The notes: generated by a model not told the origin, from the letters alone. A stretch of 64,000 nt of DNA from an uncultured Thermus sp. (GCA_947085095.1 CAMTVD010000002.1:13632-77631); one strand, 5' to 3'. Shown: positions 26,901 to 35,502, counted from the first letter of the stretch. A program made the numbers and translations.

Positions 26901-27590
26901 GAGGGGGGCGTAGGCGGGGTCTTCTCCCTCCGCCACCTGTAGCTGGAAGACTATACCGGGGAGGGCGTCAAGGACGCTTTCCAGGCGGGCCTGGTGCCTG
27001 ACCAGCTCGGTGACGTCCTGGACCTTGAGGACGATGGCACCCACCGCTTCGTCCTGGAGGAGGTTCCTGCCCCACACCCGCACCGCCCGCACCCCGCCCT
27101 CCTTGTCCAGGATGCGCAGGCGGTACTCCAGGGTGGCTCCCGGGTGGCGGAGGAGGTCCTCGAGGGCCGCTTCGCCCAGGGGTCGGTCTTCAGGATGAAT
27201 GTAGTCCAGAATGAGCGGCCCTGGCCCCGGGTCTTCCCAGGGAAGGTAGCCCAGCACCCCGGTCACGTTGGGGGAGACGTAGCGGATGCGCCCCTTTTCG
27301 TCCAGGAGGTACACGATCTCCCTTCCGTTTTCCAGAAGGGCTTGGAGACGGTGGGCTGAGGTCTTTTCGGCTTTGGTTCGGGCCTGCTCCGCCCGGGTCT
27401 CCCTACGGGCCAGGAAGTACACCAGAAGCCCGGAAAGAAAGACAAAGGTGAGCCCCTTGCCCGTTTGCCAGCGGGTGAGCACCTCGGCTTCGGGAAAGAG
27501 GAGCAGAAGAAGGCGGTCGCTTCCCAGGATCCAGAACAAAGCAAAAAGACCGTAGGCCCAGGCGATTTTTCCGGCGGCGCTCAGCCCCAT
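23925..27590 (-). CDS. membrane-anchored multi-PAS/GAF HD-GYP c-di-GMP phosphodiesterase
   Basis: Two N-terminal TM helices, about five PAS/PAC repeats, two GAF domains, LHDVGK and HHERWDGSGYP. Confidence 0.93.
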   Translation of the reverse strand: MGLSAAGKIAWAYGLFALFWILGSDRLLLLLFPEAEVLTRWQTGKGLTFVFLSGLLVYFLARRETRAEQARTKAEKTSAHRLQALLENGREIVYLLDEKGRIRYVSPNVTGVLGYLPWEDPGPGPLILDYIHPEDRPLGEAALEDLLRHPGATLEYRLRILDKEGGVRAVRVWGRNLLQDEAVGAIVLKVQDVTELVRHQARLESVLDALPGIVFQLQVAEGEDPAYAPLHYISSKQAEALLGYPVERLLADPAFFFSQVHPEDRAGLEATGRRAVAEPGEVQVHTYRFRHGTKGAWVWLRDTVIYYPETHLLTGYTYDVTLETAQEERFRLLFQAHPLPMWVYNLETYRFLEVNEAATTKYGYTREEFLSMNILQIRPERERQRLLENLKGPRKPLEHSGPWTHRLKDGREILVEIHSHAIEYANRPAVLVVAIDITEKLQAEATRRLLERALQASHEAMLLTDREGRILWTNPAFTQMTGYAPEEALGKNPRFLKSGVHDQAFFKHLWDTILSGQVWRGEIVNRRKDGSLYTERMTITPVQENGEITHFIAIKRDSTEEKKREAALRESEARFRTLAETAPAFILIWQAESAEQPETARLVYVNPEALRLTGYSLEEVRSRPIWEFVHPQDRELVRKQGLARLRGEGVPVHYPFRILTKEGEVRWLDFSAARVELSGKPAILGIGLDITEAKERELTLEGFARLSIALRQSQDLKEMMERGLDTAMAILEAQAGGLLLYEGNPPRLAAEVCRGWLEGLPPAPTPAEKSLVARALAGEVVLSPDLKNDPRTREVARPLIPEGHSGLALPLLAGKEAVGVLLLSWPHPHIPGPREVERAQILAEAMGNAFRRASLREKLAQRLEHLEALRAVDQATAASLDLGPTLEVFLAQALRLPLDAVALFLYRKEEKALVLQGAKGFLTPKDRLPQRIPLGVGHVGRAALEGRVVQVADLSQEPGAHPSFTLEEGLVAEEAYPLFAKGRLLGVLAAFTRRPWDLAPEEEEFLEALVGQGTIALDNALTFQALQRSQRELEAAYDLTLWGWAKAVELRDQETAGHTERVTELTLRLALALGVPEEDLEHIRRGAILHDVGKLGIPDAILLKPGPLTEEEWAVMRKHPVYAHEWLSGIPFLRKALEIPYAHHERWDGSGYPRGLKGEAIPFPARIFAVVDVYDALTSDRPYRRAWPRAKALAYLQEQASKQFDPEVVTAFLRLVEEEGL

Positions 27591-30163
27591 GGCGTACCCG
27601 GTGTATTGTACACCCTGGGGGGCCCTGGGGGGCCCAGCAGGTACCCCTGCCCCAGGGGAAAGCCCAGGCCCTTCAGGTAGGCCAGGGTGGCCTCGTCCTC
27701 TATGCCCTCGGCCACGGCGGAAAGCCCCAGGGCTTGGGCCAAGGCCAGGACGGCGGCCACCAAGCGGGCGGCGGGGCTTTGGGGGTCTGGGGGGCTTCCC
27801 AGGGCCTGCGTGAAGACCTGGCCCAGCTTGAGGCCGTCCACGGGGAAGGCCACCAGGCGCTCCAGGCTGGAGTAGCCGCTTCCGAAGTCGTCCAGGAAGA
27901 CCCCGACCCCAAGTTCCCGCAGGAGGCGCAACGCCTGGGTGGCGTCCCGCCCCCTTTCGTCAGGGATGAGGGCGGTTTCCGTGACCTCCAGGACCAGGGC
28001 CTTTGGGGAACATCCCGTTTCCTCCAGGACCTGGGCCACCAGGCTGGGGTAGCCGGGCTGGAGGAGCTCCTGGGGGCTCACGTTCACGTGCACGGGAAGG
28101 CCGTGCTCCCTCCTTTCCCGGCAGGCTTGCCGCAACACCCAGGCCCCCAGCTCGGGCATGAGGTGGTGCCGCTCCGCCAGGGGGATGAACTCGCCGGGGG
28201 GCGCCTTGGGCCAGCGGATCAGGGCCTCGAGGGCTACGGTTTTCCCCGTGGCCAGGTCCACGATGGGCTGGTAGAAGAGGGTGAGTTCGCCCCCGTCCCT
28301 GGCCAGGGTCTCCCGCAGGGCCTCCACCAGGGCCATCTCCCGGCGCAGGACCTCCTGGAGCTGGGGCTCGTAGAAGGCCAGCTGGTTCTTGCCCTCGGCC
28401 TTGGCCCGGTAGAGGGCCAGGTCGGCTCGTTGCAGGAGTTCCCCGGGAGAAAGCCCCCTTTCTCCCAGGGCGATGCCGATGGAGGTGGTGAGGTGGTAGG
28501 TGCGCTTGGCCAGGGGCAGGGGGAGGCGCACCACCTGCAAAAGCCTTTTCCCCACCTGGATGGCCTCCTCCACCCCCCTGATGCCCGGCAGGAGGACCAG
28601 AAACTCGTCCCCGCCCTGCCGGGCCACCAGATCCCGGGGCCTCAGAGCGGTGCGCAAGCGGGCGGCTACGGCGCGGATGACCTCGTCCCCGGTGGCGTGG
28701 CCCTCCAGGTCGTTCACCAGCTTCAGCCCGTCCAGGTCCAGGTACATGACCGCCAGATGGGGCCCTTGGCTAAGGGCCTGCGCCAGCTTCTCCAGGAAGT
28801 AGAGGCGGTTGGGCAGGCCGGTCAGGGGGTCGTGGTAGGCCAGGTGCTGCAGCCTGCCCTCCAGCTCCAGCCTCCTGAGGAGGAGGCCCAGCTGGCTGGC
28901 GAAGGCCTGGGCCAGCTCCAGGTCCAAGGGGGTGAAGGCGTCCTGCCGCTCCAGGTTGTCCAGGTACAAGAAGGCCTTGCACTCCCCGGCCAGGTAGACG
29001 GGCACCGCCAGGACGGCCTGGATCTCCCGCACCCTTCCCGCCTCCTCCATCACCCTTCTCCGCTTGGGGTCCAGGCGGCGGTTGAAGCGCAAAAGGTCCC
29101 TTTGGGTGAAGACCTGGGCCTCCTGGTGGCCGGTGAGGGAGAGGGGTTCTTCTGGGTGGAGGCGGACCTGGCGGAGGGCCTCGAGGTCGTACCCGTGGGC
29201 GGCCACGAAGTGGTAGTGGCCGTCCTCCTTGAGGATGGTGACGCTTCCCGCCTGGGCGCTGGGAATGGTGTTCATGGCGGCCTCGAGGATGAGGCCGAAG
29301 ACGGACTCGGAAAACCCCTCGGCCACCAGGGTTTCGTAGACCCGCAGGAGGTTCCTGCGGAAGGCGCTCCAGCGGGCCTCCCTCTCTTGGGCGAGAAGCC
29401 GCTCCTTCAGGTCCACGCCCAGGGCCAGGACCTCGAGGGCCTCGCCGCCGGGGCCGGGCACCGCCAGCAGGGTCCACTCGGCGGGGTTTTCCCCGTGGGT
29501 GGTGGCCATCTGGGGCCGCCCCGGCTGGGCCAGAACGCCTTCTAAGGGCAAGGGAAGCCCCTGGGGGAAGGCCTTCTTGAAGGCAGGATTAGCCCAGAGA
29601 AGCCTGCCTTCCGGGGCCATGCGGGCCACGTAGAAGGGGGAGAGCTCCAAAAGGCGCTCCGTGAAGCGGTGGACCTCAAAGAGGTCCAGGGTGCGGGCCA
29701 GGGCCTCGGCCACCTCTTTTAAGAAGCCCGCCTCCTCCGGGGTAAAGGCCCTTTCCCGCTCACAGTCGTCCACCCCCAAAAAGCTCCAAAGCCTCTCCTC
29801 CACCCAAATGGGCACCGCCAGGAGGCTTTGGATCTCCTGGGCCTCCAGAAGGGGCCTTTCTTCTTCGGGGAAGGTGCGCACGGGCCCGCTTATGGCCCCG
29901 TCCCGCAAAAAGGCCTCCAGCCAGCGGCCGTAGCCCGCTTCTCCCAGGGGCAGGTTCTGCAGGGCGGGGTTCTGGATCTGGGGAGCGGCCCCGGGGCCCG
30001 CCCACTCCGCCAGCTGGGAGGTGTACCAGCGCCCCTCCCGCTCCTCCAGGCGAAAGAGGTAGGCCCGGTGGGCCTGGAGGGCCTGGCCCAGGGCCTCTAG
30101 GGTTAAAGGAAGGCCGGAGAGACCTTGCCGCAAAAGGGGCAGGAGGACCTGGTGCCGGTCCAT
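27581..30163 (-). CDS. GAF-GGDEF-EAL diguanylate cyclase/phosphodiesterase
   Basis: RPRDLVARQGGDEF, LEALIRW, LDDFGSGYSSL, AEGIE; own TATACT -10 box and SD. Confidence 0.93.
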   Translation of the reverse strand: MDRHQVLLPLLRQGLSGLPLTLEALGQALQAHRAYLFRLEEREGRWYTSQLAEWAGPGAAPQIQNPALQNLPLGEAGYGRWLEAFLRDGAISGPVRTFPEEERPLLEAQEIQSLLAVPIWVEERLWSFLGVDDCERERAFTPEEAGFLKEVAEALARTLDLFEVHRFTERLLELSPFYVARMAPEGRLLWANPAFKKAFPQGLPLPLEGVLAQPGRPQMATTHGENPAEWTLLAVPGPGGEALEVLALGVDLKERLLAQEREARWSAFRRNLLRVYETLVAEGFSESVFGLILEAAMNTIPSAQAGSVTILKEDGHYHFVAAHGYDLEALRQVRLHPEEPLSLTGHQEAQVFTQRDLLRFNRRLDPKRRRVMEEAGRVREIQAVLAVPVYLAGECKAFLYLDNLERQDAFTPLDLELAQAFASQLGLLLRRLELEGRLQHLAYHDPLTGLPNRLYFLEKLAQALSQGPHLAVMYLDLDGLKLVNDLEGHATGDEVIRAVAARLRTALRPRDLVARQGGDEFLVLLPGIRGVEEAIQVGKRLLQVVRLPLPLAKRTYHLTTSIGIALGERGLSPGELLQRADLALYRAKAEGKNQLAFYEPQLQEVLRREMALVEALRETLARDGGELTLFYQPIVDLATGKTVALEALIRWPKAPPGEFIPLAERHHLMPELGAWVLRQACRERREHGLPVHVNVSPQELLQPGYPSLVAQVLEETGCSPKALVLEVTETALIPDERGRDATQALRLLRELGVGVFLDDFGSGYSSLERLVAFPVDGLKLGQVFTQALGSPPDPQSPAARLVAAVLALAQALGLSAVAEGIEDEATLAYLKGLGFPLGQGYLLGPPGPPRVYNTPGTPWG

Positions 30164-30208
30164 AACCGAATCCCCTCTAGTATACGCCTCGGGCATCTGG
30201 GAAACCCC

Positions 30209-30553
30209 TCAGGGCCCCACCTGGAGGCGCACCCGGCCTCCCGGGGGCACCTCCAGGGTGAGGGTCAGCCTGCCCCGGCCCGAGAGGACGTGGGTGCCCG
30301 CCTGCAGGGGCAGGTTGGCCACAAGGGCCTGGCCCTCCACCTCCACCCTAAGCTCCCACTGGGTGTTGGCCACCAGCCTGAGGGTGTGGACCCCGGGCCC
30401 AAGCTCCAGCGCGGACACCCTAGGGCCTTCCGCCTCCGCCAGGCGGATCCCCACCACGGCGGGGATACGGATGCCCACGCCCACGCTAGCGGCGCTTTGG
30501 GCCAGGGCCACGCCCCCCACCAGGATCAGGAGGGCTAAGACCAGGTGCCGCAT
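30209..30553 (-). CDS. small secreted beta-rich hypothetical protein (possibly pilin-like)
   Basis: SD GGAGG, signal peptide ending ALA-Q, alternating hydrophobic strands; lies directly downstream of the riboswitches. Confidence 0.8.
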   Translation of the reverse strand: MRHLVLALLILVGGVALAQSAASVGVGIRIPAVVGIRLAEAEGPRVSALELGPGVHTLRLVANTQWELRVEVEGQALVANLPLQAGTHVLSGRGRLTLTLEVPPGGRVRLQVGP

Positions 30554-30606
30554 ACCCACCTCCTCGGGGGAGGTGGCGCAAGGGTCGGCGGCATAGCCAA
30601 GCTATA

Positions 30607-30686
30607 GCGTCCGGCCGGTTGCGCCACTGGCTCCCCGTGTCCCTTGGCGCCCATCTTGGGATTCACGGTTCCTCGCCTCCGAACGC
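30607..30686 (-). promoter_or_regulatory. c-di-GMP-II-type riboswitch aptamer (proximal copy)
   Basis: RNA GCGUUCGGAGGCGAGGAACCGUG...AUGGGCGCCAAG...CACGGGGAGCCAGUGGCGCAACCGGCCGGACGC fits the class II consensus; P1 GCGUUCGG/CCGGACGC. Confidence 0.85.
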
Positions 30687-30752
30687 CCTAAAAACCTTAG
30701 GGCCAGGCTGGGCGCCTGGCCGGCAGAGGGGAAAAAAGAACAAACCCTAGCT

Positions 30753-30832
30753 GCCCTCGGCCGGTTGCGCCACTGGCTCCACCTGCCCCAGGCGCCCAGA
30801 TTGCAGGGCAGGCTTCCTCGCCTCCGAGGTGC
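30753..30832 (-). promoter_or_regulatory. c-di-GMP-II-type riboswitch aptamer (distal copy)
   Basis: RNA CCUCGGAGGCGAGGAAGCCUGCCC...CUGGGCGCCUGGGGCAGGUGGAGCCAGUGGCGCAACCGGCCGAGG; same core as the proximal copy with compensatory stem changes. Confidence 0.85.
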
Positions 30833-30859
30833 CTTTAGGGGGCTAGCGCCCCTAGCCTT

Positions 30860-30888
30860 AGGATACTCCCGGAGCCGCTCTTTGGGAA
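30860..30888 (-). promoter_or_regulatory. sigma70-type promoter of the tandem-riboswitch leader
   Basis: TTCCCA (30888-30883), 17-bp spacer, TATCCT (30865-30860). Confidence 0.6.
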
Positions 30889-30930
30889 GGGGTCTCCCAC
30901 CCCACCGCGGCGGGGCCCGTCCTTTGGGGC

Positions 30931-33171
30931 CTAGGCCAGCACCGCGACCCCCTGGGCCTTGGCCTGGTACATGCGGGTGTCGGCGGCGGAGAGGAGCTCG
31001 TCCGCCGTTTTCCCATCCTCGGGGAAGGTGGCGAGGCCGATGTTGACCCCGAGGCAGAGGCCGTCAAAGCAGAGTTTCCCGATGGCCTTGGCGTAGCGGA
31101 AGGCGGCCTTTATAGCCCCTTCCTTCCCGGTGTGGGGAAAGAGGGCGGCGAACTCGTCCCCGCCCCAGCGGAAAATCTTGTCCCCGTTCCGCCTTTCCCC
31201 CAGGAGGGCCTCGGCCACCTTCCTTAAGGCGAGGTCCCCCACGGCGTGGCCCAGTCGGTCGTTCAGCTTCTTGAAGCCCGTAAGGTCCAAAACGGCCAGG
31301 GAAAGAGGGTAGCCGTAGCGCTCGGCCCGCTTCAGCTCCTCCAGGAAGGCCTGCTCAAAGGCCCTCCGGTTGGGGAGGCCCGTCAAGGGGTCGGTGAGGG
31401 CGGCTTCCAAGAGGAGCTTCCGGGTGCGGCTTTCGTGAAGCAGGGTGGCCAAGGGGGCGGCAAAGAAACGCGCCGCTTCCAGGGAATCTTCGCCAAAGGC
31501 CTGGGGGTCGTGGAGGTTATCCAGGTTCAGGTAGGCCAGGACCTGGCCCTTATGGGGAATGGGGAGGCAGAGGTTGGCCTGGATCTCCGTGGCCCTTCCC
31601 GCGGTGTCCATGACCTCGGGGGGGGCGGTCTCGTGGCTGATCTCGGCGATGGGGCGCTCCGTGGCGCTCAGGACCCGGGGCTCGCCCCTCAGGGCCTCCT
31701 CCCGGCTCCGGCCGTACCAGAGGAGCTGGGCCTCGAGGCCGAAGGTCACCCCCTTGAGGCCCTTCAGGTCGTACCCCACCGCCGCCCGGAAGCGGTAGAC
31801 GCCCTCCTCCAGCACGAGGAGGCTTCCCGCCTCCGCCCCGGGCACATACCGAACGGCCACCTCCAGGACCTCCGGGTAAAGCGCCTCCAGGGGCTTTTCC
31901 AAAAGGTCCAGGAAGAGGCGGTTCACCGCCTGGTGCCGGGCTCTTTCCGTGAGGCGCTCCAGCCCCAGGCTCAGGGTGCGGCAGGCAGAAAGGAGGAGGT
32001 CCACCTCCGCCCTGCGCCAAGGGCGCGCTTCCCGCTGGCCCAGGACCAGCACCCTGCGGCTTCTCGGGGCGCCTGGGGAGGGGACGGGCAGGGCGGCGAG
32101 GGTACGCCAGTCCAGGGCCTGGAGGGCGGGAACCCCCTGGCTTTCCTCGGGGTAGCGGGCGGTGAAGAGGGGGCTTCCCGTCTCGTAGACCCGCCAGGCG
32201 AGGCTCACCCCAAAGGGCAGGCCCTCCTCCAGCACCCGGAGGAGGCTTGCCTCCCGCACGCCGTGGGAGGCCAGGGTCTGCATCCGCGCGCCCCGGACTT
32301 CCCAGAGGGTCCCCGACTCCAGGCCTAAGGAGGTTACGAGAAGGGCGAGGGCTCCCTCTGCCGCCTCCTCCAGGGTCTCGGCCCTCGCCAATCCTTCGGC
32401 AAGCTCGGCCAGGATTCTCCGCTCCTTAAGGTCCGCCAGGCGGGAAAGCTGGAGGCTGACCGCCTGGGCAAAGCGCCTAAGGCCCGCTACCTCCTCGGGG
32501 AGGAAGGGTTTTGGGCGCTCCAGGTTGAGCACCGCCACCGCGTCGCCCTGCTCAAAAAGGGGCAGGGCGAGCTCGGAAAGCACCTCCTGACCGGGGGGAG
32601 CGATGTAGGCGGGTTCTTTGCGCACGTCGGGGATGTAAATGGGCCGCCCCTCCCGGAAGGCCCGGCCCACCACCCCGGTTCCCGGAATCCAGTCCAAGCC
32701 TATGGGCGGTCGGCTGGCAAGCCGGCGAAACCCACCCCCCTGGGGCACCCAGACCCCCACGTGCCCCCTTTCCCCCAGGGCAAAGAGGCGCTCCGGGAGG
32801 CTTTTTAGCAGGGCCTCCCGGTCCTCCGCCTGGGGGAGGGCCTCGAGGGCCGAGGCCAAAAGCCTCTCTACCCGGGCCAGGCTTTGGGCGCGGCGGTGGG
32901 CCCTCCGCAGGCTTTTCCCCACCTGGTGGGCGAGGAGGGCCGAGAGGAGGAGGAGGGCCAGGGCTACCCCGCTGAAGGGGGGAAAGAGGGCCAGGGCGCT
33001 TGCGGCGAGGGCGCTGGCCAGAAGCCCCCAGGGGAGGCCGTACACGCTGGCCACCACCGCCACCGCGATCATGAACCAGGGGAGGATGTAGGGATCCGTG
33101 TAGCCCAAAACCCCAGCCAGGAGCCCCATAAAGAGGGAGCCCAAGGCGATCACGGGGTAGGGCAGGACCAT
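30931..33171 (-). CDS. membrane-bound multi-GAF diguanylate cyclase
   Basis: N-terminal TM helices, three GAF-like segments, DPLTGLPNRR, RNGD I-site followed by RWGGDEF. Confidence 0.93.
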   Translation of the reverse strand: MVLPYPVIALGSLFMGLLAGVLGYTDPYILPWFMIAVAVVASVYGLPWGLLASALAASALALFPPFSGVALALLLLSALLAHQVGKSLRRAHRRAQSLARVERLLASALEALPQAEDREALLKSLPERLFALGERGHVGVWVPQGGGFRRLASRPPIGLDWIPGTGVVGRAFREGRPIYIPDVRKEPAYIAPPGQEVLSELALPLFEQGDAVAVLNLERPKPFLPEEVAGLRRFAQAVSLQLSRLADLKERRILAELAEGLARAETLEEAAEGALALLVTSLGLESGTLWEVRGARMQTLASHGVREASLLRVLEEGLPFGVSLAWRVYETGSPLFTARYPEESQGVPALQALDWRTLAALPVPSPGAPRSRRVLVLGQREARPWRRAEVDLLLSACRTLSLGLERLTERARHQAVNRLFLDLLEKPLEALYPEVLEVAVRYVPGAEAGSLLVLEEGVYRFRAAVGYDLKGLKGVTFGLEAQLLWYGRSREEALRGEPRVLSATERPIAEISHETAPPEVMDTAGRATEIQANLCLPIPHKGQVLAYLNLDNLHDPQAFGEDSLEAARFFAAPLATLLHESRTRKLLLEAALTDPLTGLPNRRAFEQAFLEELKRAERYGYPLSLAVLDLTGFKKLNDRLGHAVGDLALRKVAEALLGERRNGDKIFRWGGDEFAALFPHTGKEGAIKAAFRYAKAIGKLCFDGLCLGVNIGLATFPEDGKTADELLSAADTRMYQAKAQGVAVLA

Positions 33172-33205
33172 GTTTGGTCCATTTTACAAGAGCCTTGCCC
33201 TTTGC

Positions 33206-34561
33206 CTAGGGGGTAGGGGCCAGGGCCAGGTAGCCCAGGGCCCTTTCCGCCGCCTTCCTACCCGAGCGCACCACCTCGGGGAGGCCGACCCCCTCCAGGT
33301 AGTTCCCGGCCAGAAAGAGCCCCGGGGCCTTGAGGAGGGCCATTTCCAACCTTTCCCTCCGCTCCAGGTGCCCCACCCGGTAGGCGGGCATGCCCTCGGG
33401 GAAGCGGAAGACAAAGGTGCGTTCCGCCCGCACCTCCTGGCCCAGGAAACGGCGCAGGTCCTCCAGGGCCACCCTGGCCAGCTCCCCCTCGGAAAGCCTG
33501 GCCACCTCCCCCGAGAAATAGGCCCGCACCAGGGACCAGTCCTCCGGGGCCCTCCCCGGCCATTTGTTATGGGTCCAGGTAAAGCCCCTCACCCTGTACC
33601 CTTCCCCCGGAGCCACGAGAAGCCCGTGCCCCTGCACGGGCAAGGCCTCGGGGAAGGCCAGGCTCACGGTGGCGGCCGGGGTGTGGGGGATGCCCTTAAG
33701 AAGGGCGGTGGCCTCGGGGAGGAAGGGCCTCATGAGGCTTGCCGCCACGGGGGCAGGGGTGGCCAGGATCACTGCCTCCACCTCCAGGGGTCCCCTGGGG
33801 GTGTGGAGGCGGTACCGGCCACCCAGGGGCTCGAGGGCTAATAAAGGGGTGGCCAGGAGGATTCTTTCCGCCACCTCCTCGGCAAGCTTCCGCGTTAGGG
33901 CGGAAAGCCCCTCTTGGAAGGAAAAGAACAGGCTTCCCCCTTCCCGGCTTCCCCGCATTTTTTTCGCCCGCATGGCCCCCAGGATGAGGCTTCGGTGCTT
34001 CCGCTCCAGGTCCAAAAGCTGGGGGAAGGCCGCTCGCATGGAGAGTTCCTCGGGTTCCCCTCCATAGATGCCTCCCGCCAGGGGTGCCACCAGGGCGGCG
34101 AAGACCTCGGGGCCAAGCCTCCGTTCCACGAACTCCTTCAGGCTCTCGTCCTCCTTGGCCCCCCGGGGGAGGAAAAGGTCGTATAGGGCCCTGAGCTTCC
34201 CGGAAAGGGAGAGGAGGGAGGTGCGGGAGAGCCCCTTGAGGTCCCCCGGGATGATCTGCAGAAGCCCCTCGGGGAGGGGGTGGGCCTTTCCCTTGCGCAG
34301 GATGTAGGCCGCGGGCTTGGCGGGGAGGGTGCCGATGGGCGTGAGGCCGAAGCGCTCCCCTAACTCCAGGACCTCCTTCTTGTAGCGCACGCTGGCGTCC
34401 GGGCCCCCTTCCACCAGGAAGCCCTCCCCCTTGTGGGTGCGCACCTTGCCCCCCAGGCGGGGGCTTGCCTCCAGGAGGAGGAAGTCCACCCCCGCCTCCT
34501 TCAGGGCCAAGGCGGCGGAAAGCCCCGCCCATCCTCCTCCCACCACGGCTACCTGAGCCAC
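33206..34561 (-). CDS. hemG: protoporphyrinogen/coproporphyrinogen oxidase (HemY type)
   Basis: VVGGGWAGL FAD motif, RLGGKVRT, EGGPD; in an operon with hemE and hemH. Confidence 0.92.
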   Translation of the reverse strand: MAQVAVVGGGWAGLSAALALKEAGVDFLLLEASPRLGGKVRTHKGEGFLVEGGPDASVRYKKEVLELGERFGLTPIGTLPAKPAAYILRKGKAHPLPEGLLQIIPGDLKGLSRTSLLSLSGKLRALYDLFLPRGAKEDESLKEFVERRLGPEVFAALVAPLAGGIYGGEPEELSMRAAFPQLLDLERKHRSLILGAMRAKKMRGSREGGSLFFSFQEGLSALTRKLAEEVAERILLATPLLALEPLGGRYRLHTPRGPLEVEAVILATPAPVAASLMRPFLPEATALLKGIPHTPAATVSLAFPEALPVQGHGLLVAPGEGYRVRGFTWTHNKWPGRAPEDWSLVRAYFSGEVARLSEGELARVALEDLRRFLGQEVRAERTFVFRFPEGMPAYRVGHLERRERLEMALLKAPGLFLAGNYLEGVGLPEVVRSGRKAAERALGYLALAPTP

Positions 34562-35502
34562 GCTGCCTCCACCAGCTCCTTAAGCACCTGGATGTAGTCC
34601 AGATCGGCGTTGAGGCTCCGGGCCCGGATGAGCCTTAGTCCCACCTCCTGGGCGGTGGCCTGGGCCTCGAGGTCCAGGTCGTAGTAGACCTCCAGGTGGT
34701 CGGCGGGGAAGCCCACCGCCTGGACCACCACCTCCTCAAAGCCCTCCTCCCTTAGGGCCCTTAAGTGCTCGTTGATGTCGGGCCCAAGCCAGGGCTCGGG
34801 GGTGCGCCCCGCGGACTGGTAGGCCACGCTAAAGCGGGGCAGGGCAAGCCTCTTGGCGATGAGCTCCGCCGTCCTCTCCACCTGCCGGGGGTAGGGGTCG
34901 CCCCGTTCCACCGCCGAGAGGGGGATGGAGTGGGCGGTGAAGACGTAGGCGGCCTTCCTGGGCTCCCTAAGCCGCCATATGGCCTCCTCCAGCCTCCTGG
35001 CGTAGGCGGCAATCAGGCTGGGATGGGCCTCGTAGCTTTCCACCCAGACCATCTCGATGGGCTCGGGGAGGGACTTTAGGGCGGCTTCCACCTTCTCCTG
35101 GTACTCCGCCACGCTCCTTAGGGAGTAATGGGGGGCGGCCACGATGGCCACCGCCCGCCTCACCCCATCCTCGTGCATGGCGGCGATGGCCTCCCCGATG
35201 GAGGGATGCCAGTGCTTGGTGCCCACGTAGACCCGGGCCGGCCCCTGGGGGATGCGGGGGCCGAAGGGGCCCAGGAGGCGCTTGGGGTAGGCGGGGGCCT
35301 CGAGGTTCAAAAGCGCCTGGAGCCTGATGGCCTGAACCAGGGTGATTTCGTTCAGGGGGCTTTTGCCGATGGCGTGGTAGCGCTCTTCCAGCTCCCTCAC
35401 CAGCTCCTCGGAAGGACGCCTTCCCCGGCGGATGTCCGTGTAGTAGGGTTCGATCTCTTCCGGGGTGTAGGGGGTGCCGTAGGCCATGAGGAGTACGTTC
35501 AT
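34549..35502 (-). CDS. hemH: ferrochelatase (coproporphyrin type)
   Basis: LLMAYGTP, FTAHSIP, YQSAGRTPEPWLGPD, ADHLEVYYDLD. Confidence 0.96.
   Translation of the reverse strand: MNVLLMAYGTPYTPEEIEPYYTDIRRGRRPSEELVRELEERYHAIGKSPLNEITLVQAIRLQALLNLEAPAYPKRLLGPFGPRIPQGPARVYVGTKHWHPSIGEAIAAMHEDGVRRAVAIVAAPHYSLRSVAEYQEKVEAALKSLPEPIEMVWVESYEAHPSLIAAYARRLEEAIWRLREPRKAAYVFTAHSIPLSAVERGDPYPRQVERTAELIAKRLALPRFSVAYQSAGRTPEPWLGPDINEHLRALREEGFEEVVVQAVGFPADHLEVYYDLDLEAQATAQEVGLRLIRARSLNADLDYIQVLKELVEAAWLR

Noticed and set aside
27734..29545. Long antisense ORFs (this 603-aa one and many similar across the window)
   Set aside because: Shadow ORFs expected from high-GC codon bias opposite well-supported genes; no recognisable motifs
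30607..30832. Direct repeats considered as a CRISPR array
   Set aside because: Only two copies, with covarying internal stems and no cas genes; a riboswitch pair explains them better
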